Origin: Adineta vaga
Taxonomy: Eukaryota; Animalia; Rotifera
Reading direction: 5' to 3'
Length of the DNA stretch: 64,000 nt
Assembly: GCA_021613535.1 (NCBI GenBank)
Contig: CP075493.1
Span: 4,774,001-4,838,000, forward strand
The first letter of the stretch is position 1. Every line of letters begins with the position of its first letter. This document shows, piece by piece, positions 1 to 13,800 of the stretch. Under the pieces are notes generated by a model that did no database searches, was not told the origin of the DNA, and saw only the letters and a list, made by a program, of their open reading frames with translations. The position numbers were made by a program, and so were the translations under genes.

Positions 1-609
1 AAAGGTGTCACTAGAAATTCGAATAATTTTTATTATCTCATGAGAAGAATTGTACCTATTTAAAAACACTTTTTAAAAATAAATCAAAATGTATTACTAT
101 ACCTATCACCATCAAGGTTTTATTTCAATTGAGAAAATAGAAGAGAAGGTGTATAGGTTTGAACAAAAGACATGTAATCGAACTTCAACAATAATTCATA
201 CAATTTTCTACTAAATAAATATGTAATTTTTGAATAAATTTAAAGAAAATGGTTGTCGTTTTATCAAAGGACAACATATTTGAACGGTAAATTACGTTAT
301 ACCTGATTTTAAATACATATAGATGTACTCTTCCGCAGTAATCTGTTATTTTATACAATAATCTTTTATTCCATTTAATTCCGTGTTTACATTTATACAA
401 CTAATTTATTCATGAAAAGGAACATCAGACAAGAAAACCGAATTTATCATATCTTCATTCCATCGGTGATAGTTTCTTTCATGTGTAAATTGAAAATGCA
501 TGCACTTTTCCCTAATGATCATATCATGACTAATGTATGTATTACATTGAAATTGTTTTAATTTATAGGTTTATTTGACGAAGGATAGTCATGTTTACTC
601 GAGGAAATC

Positions 610-2160
610 TTAATCATTCCGTCTTAGACGCTTCGATGTTGATGCTGTGTTTTGATCTAAAGAAAGATTCGTTCTTATAGAAGATTAATATTTCAAAAAT
701 GTATACCTGTAGCGATTTTTGAATAAGGTCGTTTCGGAGGTTTAACTACGACGAAACAGTAAATGACAAGTCATTTAAAACAATTCATTCTTACGAGATC
801 TGATAAAATCCGACAAACAGAATGTATCCCAGAGTATTTCCCTATTACGTTGTAGTACACATAATAATCGTGGTGAATGTGAAACATGTACTGATGGGTG
901 CACATGACTAGTCTCATCGTCACTAAGTTCATGAACTTTTCTTGGATCTTTCAATGATTTATTCCATTTTGTGATCATTGCTAAATTTAATCTAAATATC
1001 ATTCAATAAAATGAAACTTATTGATACAATCATTTTGTTTTACGTACTCTAAATCCTCATTGGCCTTGAATTGATAGTTATTCAAGTGAATTTCAATTGG
1101 ATTGACTGTTTCAGTATCTGAAGTGTAATTTTCCGGTAAAAAGCTTTTATGACCATGTTTATACCATACTCGCATGGCATCTTTAACTTCTTCGTGTACA
1201 ACATATACAAGAAGTGTAGTATCATTTCGTTGATAGATTGAAGGAATCTAATAGAAAACCAATTTTTTGGTTGTATGAGACATAAATTATCAACTTACTC
1301 GAAGTCTAGGTAACACACGAGACATCTTTTTACTTTCATCTTTTACACCTTGTACACGAGAAATTTGTCCGTGCGGTTTAGTTGAATCAATATGAAACTG
1401 ATCGGTCCGATAAATATTTTTTTGCATTGGTTTTACGTCTAACGAGAAAAACAATCGACTTGATAGAATATTTCTAGTAGTTGATAACAATTCTATAATT
1501 ATACAAAAATAACATACAGTAAAGATGAGCGTATTAATTCACCTCAAAATGATTACCGTTATTTTTTTGAGATGACTCATTATTGAAATCTTGCACAATA
1601 TCATCATCTTTCGCGATGTTGCTTTCTGATAAATCTGCGTGAATAAATGATTGCAGTTCGTGTGAAAATGGCATATTCGAAATATTATGTAATGCTAAAT
1701 GGGCGCCGTTGCTTGACGAACTATCATCCATAGCATGAGATGTACGCTGATCGATCGAAATCTCTAGAACTGAAATGAAATATTGACATATCTGTTCTTG
1801 AATGCAAGAAAGATTCGTACCAGGCTGAGACTGAAGATCTGTATTTATTGTCAAATCTTTTGTGATAAACAAATGAATACTAGACGAGACACTTTCTAAA
1901 TCTCGAACACCTACTGACGATCTCATTTGAAATGGACTGATTCCTTGTTGTAGTTGATTATCAAGATCAACAAATGTCATTGTAATCGGATTATAATAGA
2001 TGATTCGATATGAGTTAGGTAAATCCATAGAAAATAAACGACATAAACATGCACGTATTTCTTTTGAATTTTTTAAGTCATTCAGTTGTCGAGTAGTTAT
2101 AGTTATGGTAGTACGTCCATACGTTACCAATGTATCTAACGAACTATTCGAAATCTCCAT
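610..2160 (-). CDS. Multi-exon uncharacterised protein: N-terminal PB1/ubiquitin-like segment, divergent Rel-homology (RHD)-like domain, C-terminal basic NLS-like tail
   Basis: Spliced translation gives KPMQKNIYRTD...LPRLR-IP...LLVYVV...KHGHKSFL...NLAMITK...SPRLLCVLQ...CLSDFIRS, which follows the RHD motif order. It ends in KPPKRPYSK...SKRLRRND*. GT-AG introns of 45-65 nt link ORFs 1534-2160, 1290-1490 and 775-1002. Stop TAA at 610-612. Confidence 0.6.
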
Positions 2161-3132
2161 CTATGTTTTGATTTTTTTGATGTATCAAATGTTTCAATAA
2201 GTACAATAAGCATTATATAATATTGGTCAATTATGAGTAAGGAGAAATATCCAAGTTGATGCGAAATTTCCAAATGAAAAATAAAAACGGTAGTTTACTC
2301 GTGTACTTTTTTGTCGTTCTGCTCTTCCTAGAAAGAACGTAACTTTGATAAAAAAAAGAAGAGTAAATACACGCAAGACGCAAGCTAATGTTTCGACGCC
2401 TATGAATGACTTCATGAAATCTTATGCTCTATTGTCATTACTGAATACATTCATATCTAATCAGTTGGTTTGATTCATCTATGAAACATTTTGAACATTG
2501 TTATTCATTGAAACATAGATTCTACATAGCAAAAATAGTAAATAATGCTCGATCAATCTTAGATTGTTAATTATATATTGATGAATTTTTTAAATCAAAT
2601 TGAATCGAATATGAAAATTTCTATTTATAATATCGCATCGTTTTAGTGAAGAAATTCCCCTATTGATTATCAAACGTGTTCATGTGATTTCTCTTTTAGT
2701 TTGTGATAATTAATTTTCTTATGATTATCGATCAAATCTTCTTTTATTCAATGGGCAAAAGAACCATGTCATCATGCAAATGAACTAGCCAAACCATCTT
2801 ATTATCAACAGAATATGACTGCAATCGATCATCAATTCGAACTATTGAAAAGAAGATATCTATCTTTAAAATCATATGATGTAAATATGCATGAAAACGA
2901 AGACAACTTTGCACTTGAATGTGATGAAGGTTAACGTGAAATGTTGTAATGATATACTTGATATGTAATCACTAGTAATCGTTTTGAAAATATAAAGGAT
3001 ACGATTGCTATATAAAATGTTGCTCGATGACAAGAAATAATAGTAGAATGAAATGATTTATTCAAAAACTAATAAAAAACGTAAAGAAAAGTAAAAAAGA
3101 AACCCTAAAATCAATTATGTGAAGTAAAAAGG

Positions 3133-6100
3133 TTAAAAACGCTGTGCAGATCGTGGTGAAAAACCAGTTGGACTACCCATCATTTGATTATCATCAACAA
3201 ACATCATGAAACCTAGAATTAGAATTTGAAAACACATTTAATAATAACAATAATGATTAACCTTCGACACCACCTGATCCACGATTCGGTGGTACTAAAT
3301 TTGGTGGAAAACCAGGCATTTCTCCTCCGTGACCTCCTCGTGCTAAATCACCCATCATTGCCATAAATAATGGAGGTGGTATGAATGTAGCAGCACCAAA
3401 GTCAGGTTCCTAAGATAAAATATAGAAATCAAATTTTAACCGTCAAATTCTTCATTCATACTCGATGTCCATTAGTTTGTTTGTGTTGTTGTTCTTGATA
3501 TTGACTTGTTCCATTTTTCTGTTGTTGTTGTTGTTGTTGATGATGATTTTTAGAATCATGTGATGGTCGTACAGATGGACCGCCATTTGGTCCACCGAAG
3601 AATGGTAGACCAGCAGCTAACATGAATGGAAAAGGTATGAAACCATCATCTTCATCTTGATCAGTTTCATCTTCGCCATCATCATCAATTCGACGTAATT
3701 CTTCTGCAACACGTTTTTCAACAATAGGAGCTAAATGTTTGAGAACTGTAGCAACAATTTTTTCTTCATCATCGGAAGCTCGTTCTTTCTTTGCTCGTTG
3801 TTCGTCTTGTTTCGATGATGAAATATCACTTGCTACAGAACTGTCTTCAAGTAATTTTTTCTTAAGTCGAATAGAATTTGTGTCATGACGTTTGGTTCTT
3901 CTTCGATGTTCGTCTTTATGATCAGAATGTCCATTAGAATAATTTGAATGAAGATTAGGAGATGATGAGTAGATTCGAGCTTGTTCTTGACGTAATCGTA
4001 TCGCAGTATCTTTTGGAGTTTCAATAGGTGTGATAGGTTTTTGTTGTTGTTGTTGTTTTGAATCTAGATCATGTGATGATATACCATTTAAATGCGATTT
4101 TGTCAATGAATCGATGATTCCATTTCGTTGAGATTGTGATTCTAATATATTCAAAAGAGAAAACGAAGAGAATATTTAATTTTATCTAGATAGGTTAGAT
4201 TAAATGCAAACCTGATTGTAATTTTGTAAGTAGAATTTTATCTTTTTGGATGTATGGTGGAACAGGACGTTCAGGATGAATTAATACTAAACGTTGAAGA
4301 GGACCATCAGCAACTTCGAAAACATCACCATCATCAATATGATAATATCTTAGGAGAGAACGTATATTATCATCTTCTTGTAGTATGTCCAACTTTTGTC
4401 GTCTTGGTGGTGCTGATGTTGGTAGATTTGATTGACGAGGTATTGCAGCATGACCATTAAGAGATTTGTTTGCACCATTTTGATGAAGAGAATTTGATTG
4501 ATTTGGAATTGATGAGTGCGTCTCTTGTTTCTGAATTGGTGAATGGGATAGAGAAGGATTTTGTTGTTGTTTTTGGAATCGTGGTGCTGATGATAATGGT
4601 GATGACAATGTTGGAAGAGGATTGTTTTGTTCTGGAACATATGATGTTGAAGGTAGTTCACTGGGTTTTTGTGATTCTTTGAGTACGGGCGATACAGATG
4701 TTTTTTGTGGGGATGATCGTGGTTTTTGTTCTTGTTCTTGCTCTTGCTGATGATGATGATGTATGGAAGAAGTAGATGATTCACTTGATTCATTTTTCGG
4801 TTCAGATTTTAAGAGGGAACTTTGTGATGAAGATGAAGAAGAAGAAGAAGATGATGATGATGATAATGATGAGGATGAGGATTTATCACTAGTTTGAGAA
4901 AGATCTTCATCGGGACCAGGTGATTCTGATTTCGTCTTATCATCTCTATCATGATTTCTACTATTAGCAATTGTTTTAAAGAAACCTGGTAGAAGAAAAT
5001 GGGAATCATGTTCATCATCTGACGATGTAATTACTGCTTTGACAAGTGAATCTACTTTATCAGCATCTAATGGTTTCGTGCCATTCTATACAAATTTAAA
5101 AGTTAATATAGATTTCAAAAAATAATCTTATACATACTTCAGTTAAATATTTATACGCCATAATAGCATAAGGTCGACCAATATTCATCTTTTGAAAAAG
5201 TTGATCAAATGCCGCTGGTTGAATAGTCGCTGGTTTATCATTGCCATTATCTGTGGCATATAATTCAAAACCAAGTCGAACGAGATCTTGAATAATTGAT
5301 GGTAGTTGATTTGTTCGAACGACATAATCAATAAGACCAGCCCATGTATCAAGAAATTGATCTAATGTTAATGTATCACGTTTGTTATCAGGTAAGGGTA
5401 CTTGATCATGAACATGATCCCAAAATGTTTTAGCGGCTCGATTTAATCGTGCTTCTAAATCATCACCATCGGATCCTTCTTTACCTGCTGCTGTTGCATG
5501 AAACTATTACATAACAAGATAGTATTTTGTTTCGAGAAAAGAAAGCTCGTTTCTCTCGATTTTATTCTACTTACTAATAAATAAAATTCGACGTCTTCCC
5601 ATGTGACATATTCTTTATTTTCAATATCTATAGAAAGAAATAAAATCATCATTGTCATCAAAAGTAATGAAAATGATTTACCAAGATTAACATTGAAGAA
5701 ATATTTTGCTTTTTCAAGTTGAAAATCTGTCAGATGGTGAGCATCACCTTTTTCAATTGGAAAAACTACATTATGATTGATTGAATCAGGAGATGTTCGA
5801 ATTGATTCAGTGAGTTTAGAAGTGGACGTTGTTGATACTGACTTACGTTTGGTCATATTATTTGTGGTAGGCGACGATGGTGATGATGGTGGTGTTGTTT
5901 CATCCTTTTGTTCAATTTCATTATGAATCGAACTAGAGGAAGCTTCTTCCTCCTCTGTTTTAACATTTTTAGCACTAATTGAAATGGAGGACATAGATGT
6001 AGACCTTGATTCCTCCTTTTGTTTCATTGTTTTAATTGTTTTTTCTCCATTTTTTCTCTTGGTCTTGCTATCTGATGACTCGTTCTTTGTTGGGGACATT

Positions 6101-6324
6101 CGATCGGACTTTTTATTTTCATTAAAAGATTCTACTGATGATAAGGCGTCTGTTTTTCCAATTTGAATTGAATCATTAACTTTCTTTTTAATTTTCTCAC
6201 CTTGATAACCATTCGATGGTAACTTCTTTGTTTCTTCATCATTTTCTTTCTGCTGTTGCTGTTGCTGCTTCTTCTTTTTTTTATGATCATCATTTCTTAT
6301 CTTTGTATTAAATTTACTATCCAT
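3133..6324 (-). CDS. Calexcitin/sarcoplasmic Ca-binding (SCP) EF-hand-like domain flanked by long low-complexity regions
   Basis: LTDFQLEKAKYFFNVNLDIENKEYVTWEDVE...FWDHVHDQV...TLTLDQFLDTW...FELY...AIMAYKYLTENG...SHFLLPG matches the SCP/calexcitin pattern. The N-terminus is K/E/S/T-rich and the C-terminus is H/Q/S/P-rich. The last exon ends ...SPRSAQRF* at 3133. Confidence 0.7.
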
Positions 6325-6786
6325 TCGTTCAAAATTTGTTTCAGAAATAGTGGACCTGGAAGTAATTATTGTATTGGGCCTTGATATATTGTGCTTTTTC
6401 TTTCTCCAAGTCTGTCACTGTCACAACTAGATATAATGGTATGTGATGAGTGAAGGTATATAATGGTAATAAAGCTATAATATTGGAACGATGAATTATC
6501 AATAGAGACACTTACCTTCAAGTCTCATACAGCGAAACAAGAACAAAAATTGAGCCGTTGTTACGTACGATTGTATGAAAGTCATGCATGAGTGAAATGT
6601 TTCTCCTTCTCTTTTCTTTCCCTTCGATTATTCGAACATGCACATATGTATTCAAGGCGACATGCCATCTGCAACATTTTGTTCTTGACTTGAAATATTT
6701 ATTCACAAAAAAAATGAAAAAAATGATAGATAATGTATAACAAAATGAAACAACTCAAATTTAATGAAAAAAAAAAGTATTTATCA

Positions 6787-8020
6787 TTATCGTCGCATAT
6801 ATACCAGACTGAAGAGAAGTGCACCACCAAGAACTGTTGCTACACCCATGTACGCCATTGATTTCCAAGACTGTTCATTCGTTTGTAGATCAGACGATAG
6901 TCGAACATTAGTTTCATCATTGAGAGAGATTGTTTCATTTTTAGTTGATGATTGACATTGATCAATAGATAATGAAGTAGGACAAGAAGACGATGAAGGA
7001 GAAAGTGATGGTAGTGTCTAAAAGAAATATTTGAAAAGAATGTGTTTTTTTTATCATTTATTTGAGGGTAGTTATTTCGTTTTGTCTACGTCACATTCTT
7101 CTATTAACTCTGCTATTTCCTAGAATTTAGTTTTATGTATATTTTTTCATACTCACTAGTTCAGTTTCTTGAGCAAGAAGAAATTGAACAATCGTCTCAT
7201 GTTTCAAATGTCGAGCAATATCAAGAGCTGTTAAACCATTATTTGTAGTTGATTTAAGGTCAGCACCAGAACGTATCAAAGCTTCAACGGAACCTAAATG
7301 ACCATGTTGAGTTGCCATAATCAAAGGACACCATCCTTTTGCATCACGTCGATCAATTTTCGCACCATATTCAACTAATAGATATATTAAGGGTGGTGAA
7401 CAACCAAAACGAGCAGCTAACATCAATGGGGTCATGCTTTTTTCGTCTGTTAGTTCAGACGTGGGTTCAATTTGTGCACCGTGTTCAAGTAAAAATCGAC
7501 ATATGGCGAGTTGTTCTTCATTACCATTTGTCGTTGCACTTTTCGAATGTGACGACATACAACAAGCCATCAATGGAGTCATCTGATCTAAACTTTTACC
7601 ATTTACATCAGCAAGAAGTTCTAAGACAAATAATGTCACAAGTGATAAATGACATGAATATGCTGCATGTATCAATGCTGTCCATCCTCCAGATTTAAAA
7701 CAACGTTCAATTGATATAGGACATGATGATTGACAATAGATTTGTCGTAATGTATCTTTATCACATATATCAATGGCAGTTTTAATACGTTGTTCAATTG
7801 AATCTTCTTTATTTGTCGTTGTTGAAGATGATGCAGAACGATGTAATAAAGATTCAGATAATTTATTTGCTAAAATACGCGAACGAGCACGTCGAGCATC
7901 ACGTTCTTCTTCATTATCATCTTCGTCATCATTGTTCGGTTTCGAATGATATGGTTGATGATGAAGACCATTCATATGATGAACATGTGTTGGTGGTCGT
8001 CGAGCCATACTGGTCAACAT
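6787..8020 (-). CDS. Ankyrin-repeat protein with C-terminal tail anchor, ASZ1/GASZ-like
   Basis: Ankyrin motifs GWTALIHAA, MTPLMACC, MTPLMLAA, GWCPLIMA and GLTALDIA. The segment EEQLAICRFLLEHGA resembles ASZ1. The final exon encodes a hydrophobic tail WKSMAYMGVATVLGGALLFSLVYMRR*, followed by TAA TGA TAA. Confidence 0.7.
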
Positions 8021-8576
8021 TATTTATTTATTTTCTTGATTTCGAAAAAAATAATGATGAAAGAAATTAATTTTTTACAATGTGTGCAACTCAACTCGTT
8101 TTTTTTCTTCCTGACTGACGTTTCGTTGACTCATCATTAGCCTTGTTATTGGTAGTCACATAGTAAAAAATACTTTTTTGATAGATGTCCTTAGATGACT
8201 TACTTGATATGAAATGATCTTAATTAAAAAAATAGTCGTTGCTAAGTAAACGATTTTGTTTGTTTTTCCTAACTACATATTTTTTATGTTATGACGAAAT
8301 ACATATGAATCATTGGATTAGAATTTCGTAAGACAAACAAGAAAGTTATACATATGTGTGTAGGCGATTAAAATACTTCGTATATTGAAGAAATTTAATT
8401 TTCTCTTATTATCGACTACGATAATAATAAAGCAAGACACGATGACCGTGTATTCTCTGTATAAGTATTTTATCATCGTAATGTCGTCAAAATAGCTATA
8501 TGTATGGATCATCTCTCGATGTAATCATATATCTTTTCTTCTATTACCAAAAGATTTCATATCGAGATCTATGTAT

Positions 8577-8600
8577 ATACATACATACATACATACATAC
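8577..8600. repeat. (ATAC)n microsatellite
   Basis: atacatacatacatacatacatac seen directly. Confidence 0.9.
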
Positions 8601-8753
8601 TAAAATCTAGGTCTGGTTCTATTCTCTCGAAAGATGAAGGAGAAAGTGAGAGCGAGAGAGGGAGAGAGAAAAAAACGAGAGAGATCTTAGGATATGTGAA
8701 GATGTAAACATCAGTTCACTTTTCAAAAAATCTACCGAAGATTAGACATAAGA

Positions 8754-10424
8754 ATGATGCGAAATAAACTCTATCTATTACTTGCAATAGTATCTGTTTT
8801 TGTTATTTGTTTGGCTTCGGCTGAAGAAACCGAACGAAAAGGTAAGTTTGGATAATTGATTCGACGATCGTATTAGAGAATAAAACTCCTTTATTATATA
8901 GCTGATAAAGTCAAAAATGTAAAGAAAACAACATTTAATGAAGATAAATATGATGCTCATGATGAAGATAGATATGGACGTGACGATGATGATGATGAAA
9001 TTGATGATAGCTATTCACCAAAATCATCTTACGCACATAATCGATTTCTATCCTATGATCCAACAGAAACTACCTCTCGTGGACGTTCACGTTGGCCATC
9101 AACATTAGGAATAGGTTTATCACAATCTTTACCAACATTACCATTTACAATTGGAGAATTTCCTGATGAAGATGAATGGACTTCATCTAGCTATGGAAGG
9201 TATTTATTTTTAGAACTATATCTTCGGTTTTTCTCAAAGAAATCATCTCATGTATTCATAGTGCTTTTCCATCACCTTTACAAACAACTTCATATAGTAC
9301 ACAAAGAATGTCACCAAATGGTCCAGCATGTAGTTCATTGATTGATCCACAATATCCAGTCTTTTCGGACACATGTGGTGCTGTTCCACAAGCTCGTTAT
9401 AGTTTACCAAATGCATTTGGTCATCGTGATAAATGGCAAATTGCTCAACTTTTAAATATTTTAGCTAGTACAGAAGTAGATCCAACTTGTACACGTTCAA
9501 CTCGTCTTCTCTTATGTCCAATCCTCTTCCCATCATGTCCAACACGTCATCAACCTGAACCTGTTCTTCCGTGTCAAGCATATTGCCGAGGTTTGTTATA
9601 AAAAATTATCATTTTCTCGTTTTAAAGTAATCTTTTTTCTTCCATGATTATTTAGCCGTCAAAGCTCGTTGTTCAACACCTTTACTCGAAAGTCTTCCTT
9701 GTGAAATACTTCCACTTACATCTGAATTTTGTCCAAGTATGAAAATTTCTTTATCAATCGTTCTATGTTTATGTGGGTTTTTTTCTCTTTATTTAAGTGA
9801 ATCAAGGATATGGTCCATTAGCACCTTCACGAAATTTTCCTCATAACATGCAATCACCATGTATGGACATCTTCAAGCCCTTATCTTGCTCTTTAATTGT
9901 ATATCTCTCTACTTTATTTAGTACCAATGACTGGTGGACATCCATCATCACGACAACTTTCAGCTTTACAAACACTTTTATCCTCACCAGCTTTTCAAGC
10001 AGCTTTATCAGGTCAAAGTTATCCAGGAGGTTTTGCTCCACAAAATCTTCATGCTGCATTAGGTGCTCAAGCTTTTCCATCATCGTTTCAAGGACAAAAT
10101 CTTCAGCCAGTTCAAACGTTCGCACCAGCACCAGCACCAGCACCAGCACCAGCACCAGCACCCGTCCCAGTTGCAACACCACCACCTCCTCCAGCTGTAC
10201 CTGCAGCACCACAAATGAATCACTACAACAATATGCAATTTCCAATGGATACTATTTCAGCAATGCTTGGTGAACTTCCATCTCGCTCATATGGTAACGA
10301 ATATCGACAAGCATCACGATATGCACCAGCAACACGTTCATCAAGTGAAACACGTCCTACAACTGATTTACGTAGTTCATCGAATACACGTTCTTCAGGT
10401 GCTTCATCCATGGTTCGAGCTTAG
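8754..10424 (+). CDS. Secreted protein with a Frizzled-type cysteine-rich domain (FZ/CRD) and Pro/Ala-rich tail
   Basis: Signal peptide MMRNKLYLLLAIVSVFVICLASA. CRD cysteine pattern C...TCGAV..LPNAFGH..TCT..LLLCPILFPSC..VLPCQAYCRAVKARC..LPCEILP..FCP. No TM segment seen. Multi-exon, stop at 10424. Confidence 0.8.
10122..10162 (+). repeat. (GCACCA)n coding repeat (Ala-Pro)n
   Basis: About 7 tandem GCACCA units encoding APAPAPAPAPAPAP. Confidence 0.9.
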
Positions 10425-10883
10425 ATTTCTTTATCATGCTCTTTTTATTGTTTTACTGGAAAGAACACACCTAGTATATGGTTGTTTTATTTGTTTTGTT
10501 TTAAATAAACATTCGATTTATATTGATCATATATATAGAGTTATTGAAATTATTACTAAAATTAGATAGAACTTATGTTCTTTTATGATTTCATTGATTT
10601 ATTAAATTCGATGATCAATTTGACCGCTGCAACCAGTTTATGATTATGATCGTGACGAACTGTCACAATTTATAACGTTATACATATTCTCTGGCTTTGC
10701 TTCTCTATTATCGTCATTATTTAGTTTTTAGGCTCTAAACCATATGGATGATTTATATCTATGATATATTTATTCTATGAGAATATTTTTTAAAACAGAA
10801 ATTCAAAACAATTAAAGTTTGATCATTTAAGCCATATCACACTCATTGTTCGAAAATACCATATACAATTACAATTGATTTGT

Positions 10884-13800
10884 TTATGACTGTTCATCAC
10901 TACTTTCCGATAGTTTGACTGCCTTGACGACCGGTAACTCACTGAAAGAACGACACTTATAATGAATAATGATAATATACAATAGTGCGTACCTATAAAT
11001 GAAATCACAATCTTCATGAATTCGCTTCTGTCTCGAATTTCGTGCATCCATAGTTTGTTCACCTACAGGAATCAATATTTCAATATTACCCGCATTTTCA
11101 GAGCCTAAAAATAGTCAATGGATATTTTTTTTTGGAAATGAATGAGTTTATCTACCTTCATAATATTCGTTGCTTGTCCATGATTCAACATTACCGTAAT
11201 TATCGATTTTAGTTAATGGACCCGGAGTTTCTTTACTCTCAATTAATCGGCATCGCATTTTAAATCGACAGAATTTATCGAGGAGAGATTCTGAATTCAT
11301 AATAGTTTGCCAAGTTTCATTAGAGCCTATATGAAAGAATTATTTACAAATACAAGAAGTTTAAATATGTAGTGAGGACTTTACCAGGTAAATGTCCGAA
11401 TCTATGTCGAGCTGATATTTCCGATGATGTTCGTTTAACGATTTCGAAGGAAATGCTATTCAAAGAACATCATGTGAACATAGAAAAATTTTAAAATTCA
11501 AATAATCTAGATTAGTCTTTCGAGATTGTTCGTATAATACGTACTCAGACGTTATATTTTGAATCCGAAAATAATATGGATTCACTTTATCTTTTGACTT
11601 GATAAAGTAAATAGGACTCAGATAATTTCCATTGATTAATGATATTTCAAACCATTTGTCTCCTACGGCAAGTTCACAACGAAGATTGTCTGGAAGCTAA
11701 AAACAAGTCTTTTTATTAACTGAAAGCATTTGACTATACAAACTTGTGCACGAAGCCGCATCCGACATCGATTGTTGTAATCAAACATTATATGATTTTC
11801 AGAAGGGCTGATAAATGTGATTTTGATAGCATTAATTGTTGATTGTATACCAGATGCTAAAAAATACGAATGAGAAATGATACAGATAATTGATAAGCAT
11901 CTTCTTACATTCTTTTAATACGTTTGAATAAAATATAGGTACGCTCAGCAAACGTTCATCATTTTGTTTAATACAAATAGCAAGTCTTGCTTCCGATAAG
12001 TTATATTCCTCTTTTAAGACTTTCATACTAGATAATTTCGTATCCTTTTTCATGCCTAATTATAAAATAAATAGAAAAAAATCAAATTTTTGCATAAGAT
12101 GAAAATTAGTTGCTAGTAATAAATACAAATAGTCATCAACAACTTATTTAAATATGTATATACCTGATGGATATGATTCTACTCTGAAAGTTCCTTCATG
12201 TTTTAAATCATTGAAACATTTTTTACGATATCGTACATCGTTCAGTCTAAAATAATATATCAAACATTTGATGAACATATATGTATGTATTGTAAGGATT
12301 AATATTTACTCAATTGTTTGGATATTATCATCGCATGGTGGAATTTGTCGACATACAGTGTCAGTATTCGTTTTTCCTTTGCCACAGATTGAATGGATGC
12401 TCTTAAAAATACCATTTGAAGATTCCGATACCATATTCAGTTCCATCGATAGATTCTGAAGTTTATTAAGACCACGCTTAAATATAAGAGTTGATACGTT
12501 AAACAGTGAACTATAGGTTTAGGTTTTATACTTACCAACATTACCACCGGATATTCACCGCGCTCATCTTTCAATTCAATATCTCTATCTGTTTTTGGAT
12601 CCAGTTTTTCTTGAAGTGGAAAAAGTAAACGCACTGCATCTGATGCATCTGACAAAGATAAATTTAATTTATATCATAAGGTGAAAGATCAAAAACGTAT
12701 CATTACTATTCTGAGGTGTTGTCGAATTTCTATCTATTGCTAATTGTTGCGATGGTTGAGGCATAATCGATCTGCTCATTTTCTTTATACGTTCTGGTGC
12801 GCTTTCTATACAAAAAAAGAATTCGTATCATTACAAAAGTTAATTCTTCTTATCATACTAGGTGTTACGGATGGATTAGCGATAATCGTAGATGACGCTA
12901 AAAAACATAAGGATGATGGACTTCAATGAAATCTACTTTTTCATATCTACCTTGATTATTTATGATATGTGTGACATTTGCTCTGACAGGAATTTTCCTA
13001 GATATTTCATGAGGTTGTGTTGCAGTTGCAGTATTTTGAGTTTTTTCCCTTATTATCTGATCTATTGCGTCAGGACCATTAGGTGACCGACTCTTTGTAT
13101 CTGCATAAAAAACTAAATAATTGAAAGTCGTTCTTACAATAAATTGTTTATTACTCAAGTTATTCGTTGTCGTTATATGTTGAATATCACTCCTAGTATT
13201 ACGAATCATATTTGAATCAATCAATGGCGTTGTGTCAGGCATGCTTGTTTGATGATCTACAGCTAAATAAAAATATCGAATGAAGTAAGTGATTTGATTC
13301 CTTACTATTGTTCGATGTTGATGTTGATGTTGTTTGACCTATTGCACATCTATTTTGATTGCTAGATAAAATCAATTTTATGAGATCTTGCAGATTCTGA
13401 TTAATTGTTGTGTTAGATTGCTCTAACTTCAGAAGTATTTCCTCATGTTTCGCAGTCTTCTGTTTAAGTTCTTCTAAAGATTTCTGAAGTGTGCACAACA
13501 GTGAGTCTAAACAAAGGTCAGCATAGGGTTCAAGTTAACTCACTTACTTTCTACTTACTAGTAGCACTATCTGCTGTTAACATCGAAATATCTAGACATA
13601 GAGTTCATTAGAAAAATTCAAATATTTATTTCCTATTACTATTGATTTACCCTCAAATAATGGTGTAGATGTTTCTAAATCGTGATCATATTCATTTCCA
13701 AGCTCAGTACCAACTGCAGCATCTGTGCTTGGTATCGGCAATGGCGTATTTAACGATTCTATGATTGGAAGAAAACAAAAAATTCAAAATACTCAGCCAT

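Noticed and set aside
2750-2935. Open stretch on the + strand (QWAKEPCHHANELAKPSYYQQ...ECDEG*)
   Set aside because: About 60 codons, no start context and no recognisable family. It may be a gene remnant but cannot be supported.
9841-10245. Antisense ORF with VLVLVLVL, and alternative-frame STSTST ORF
   Set aside because: These are shadows of the GCACCA (Ala-Pro) repeat in the FZ-domain gene.
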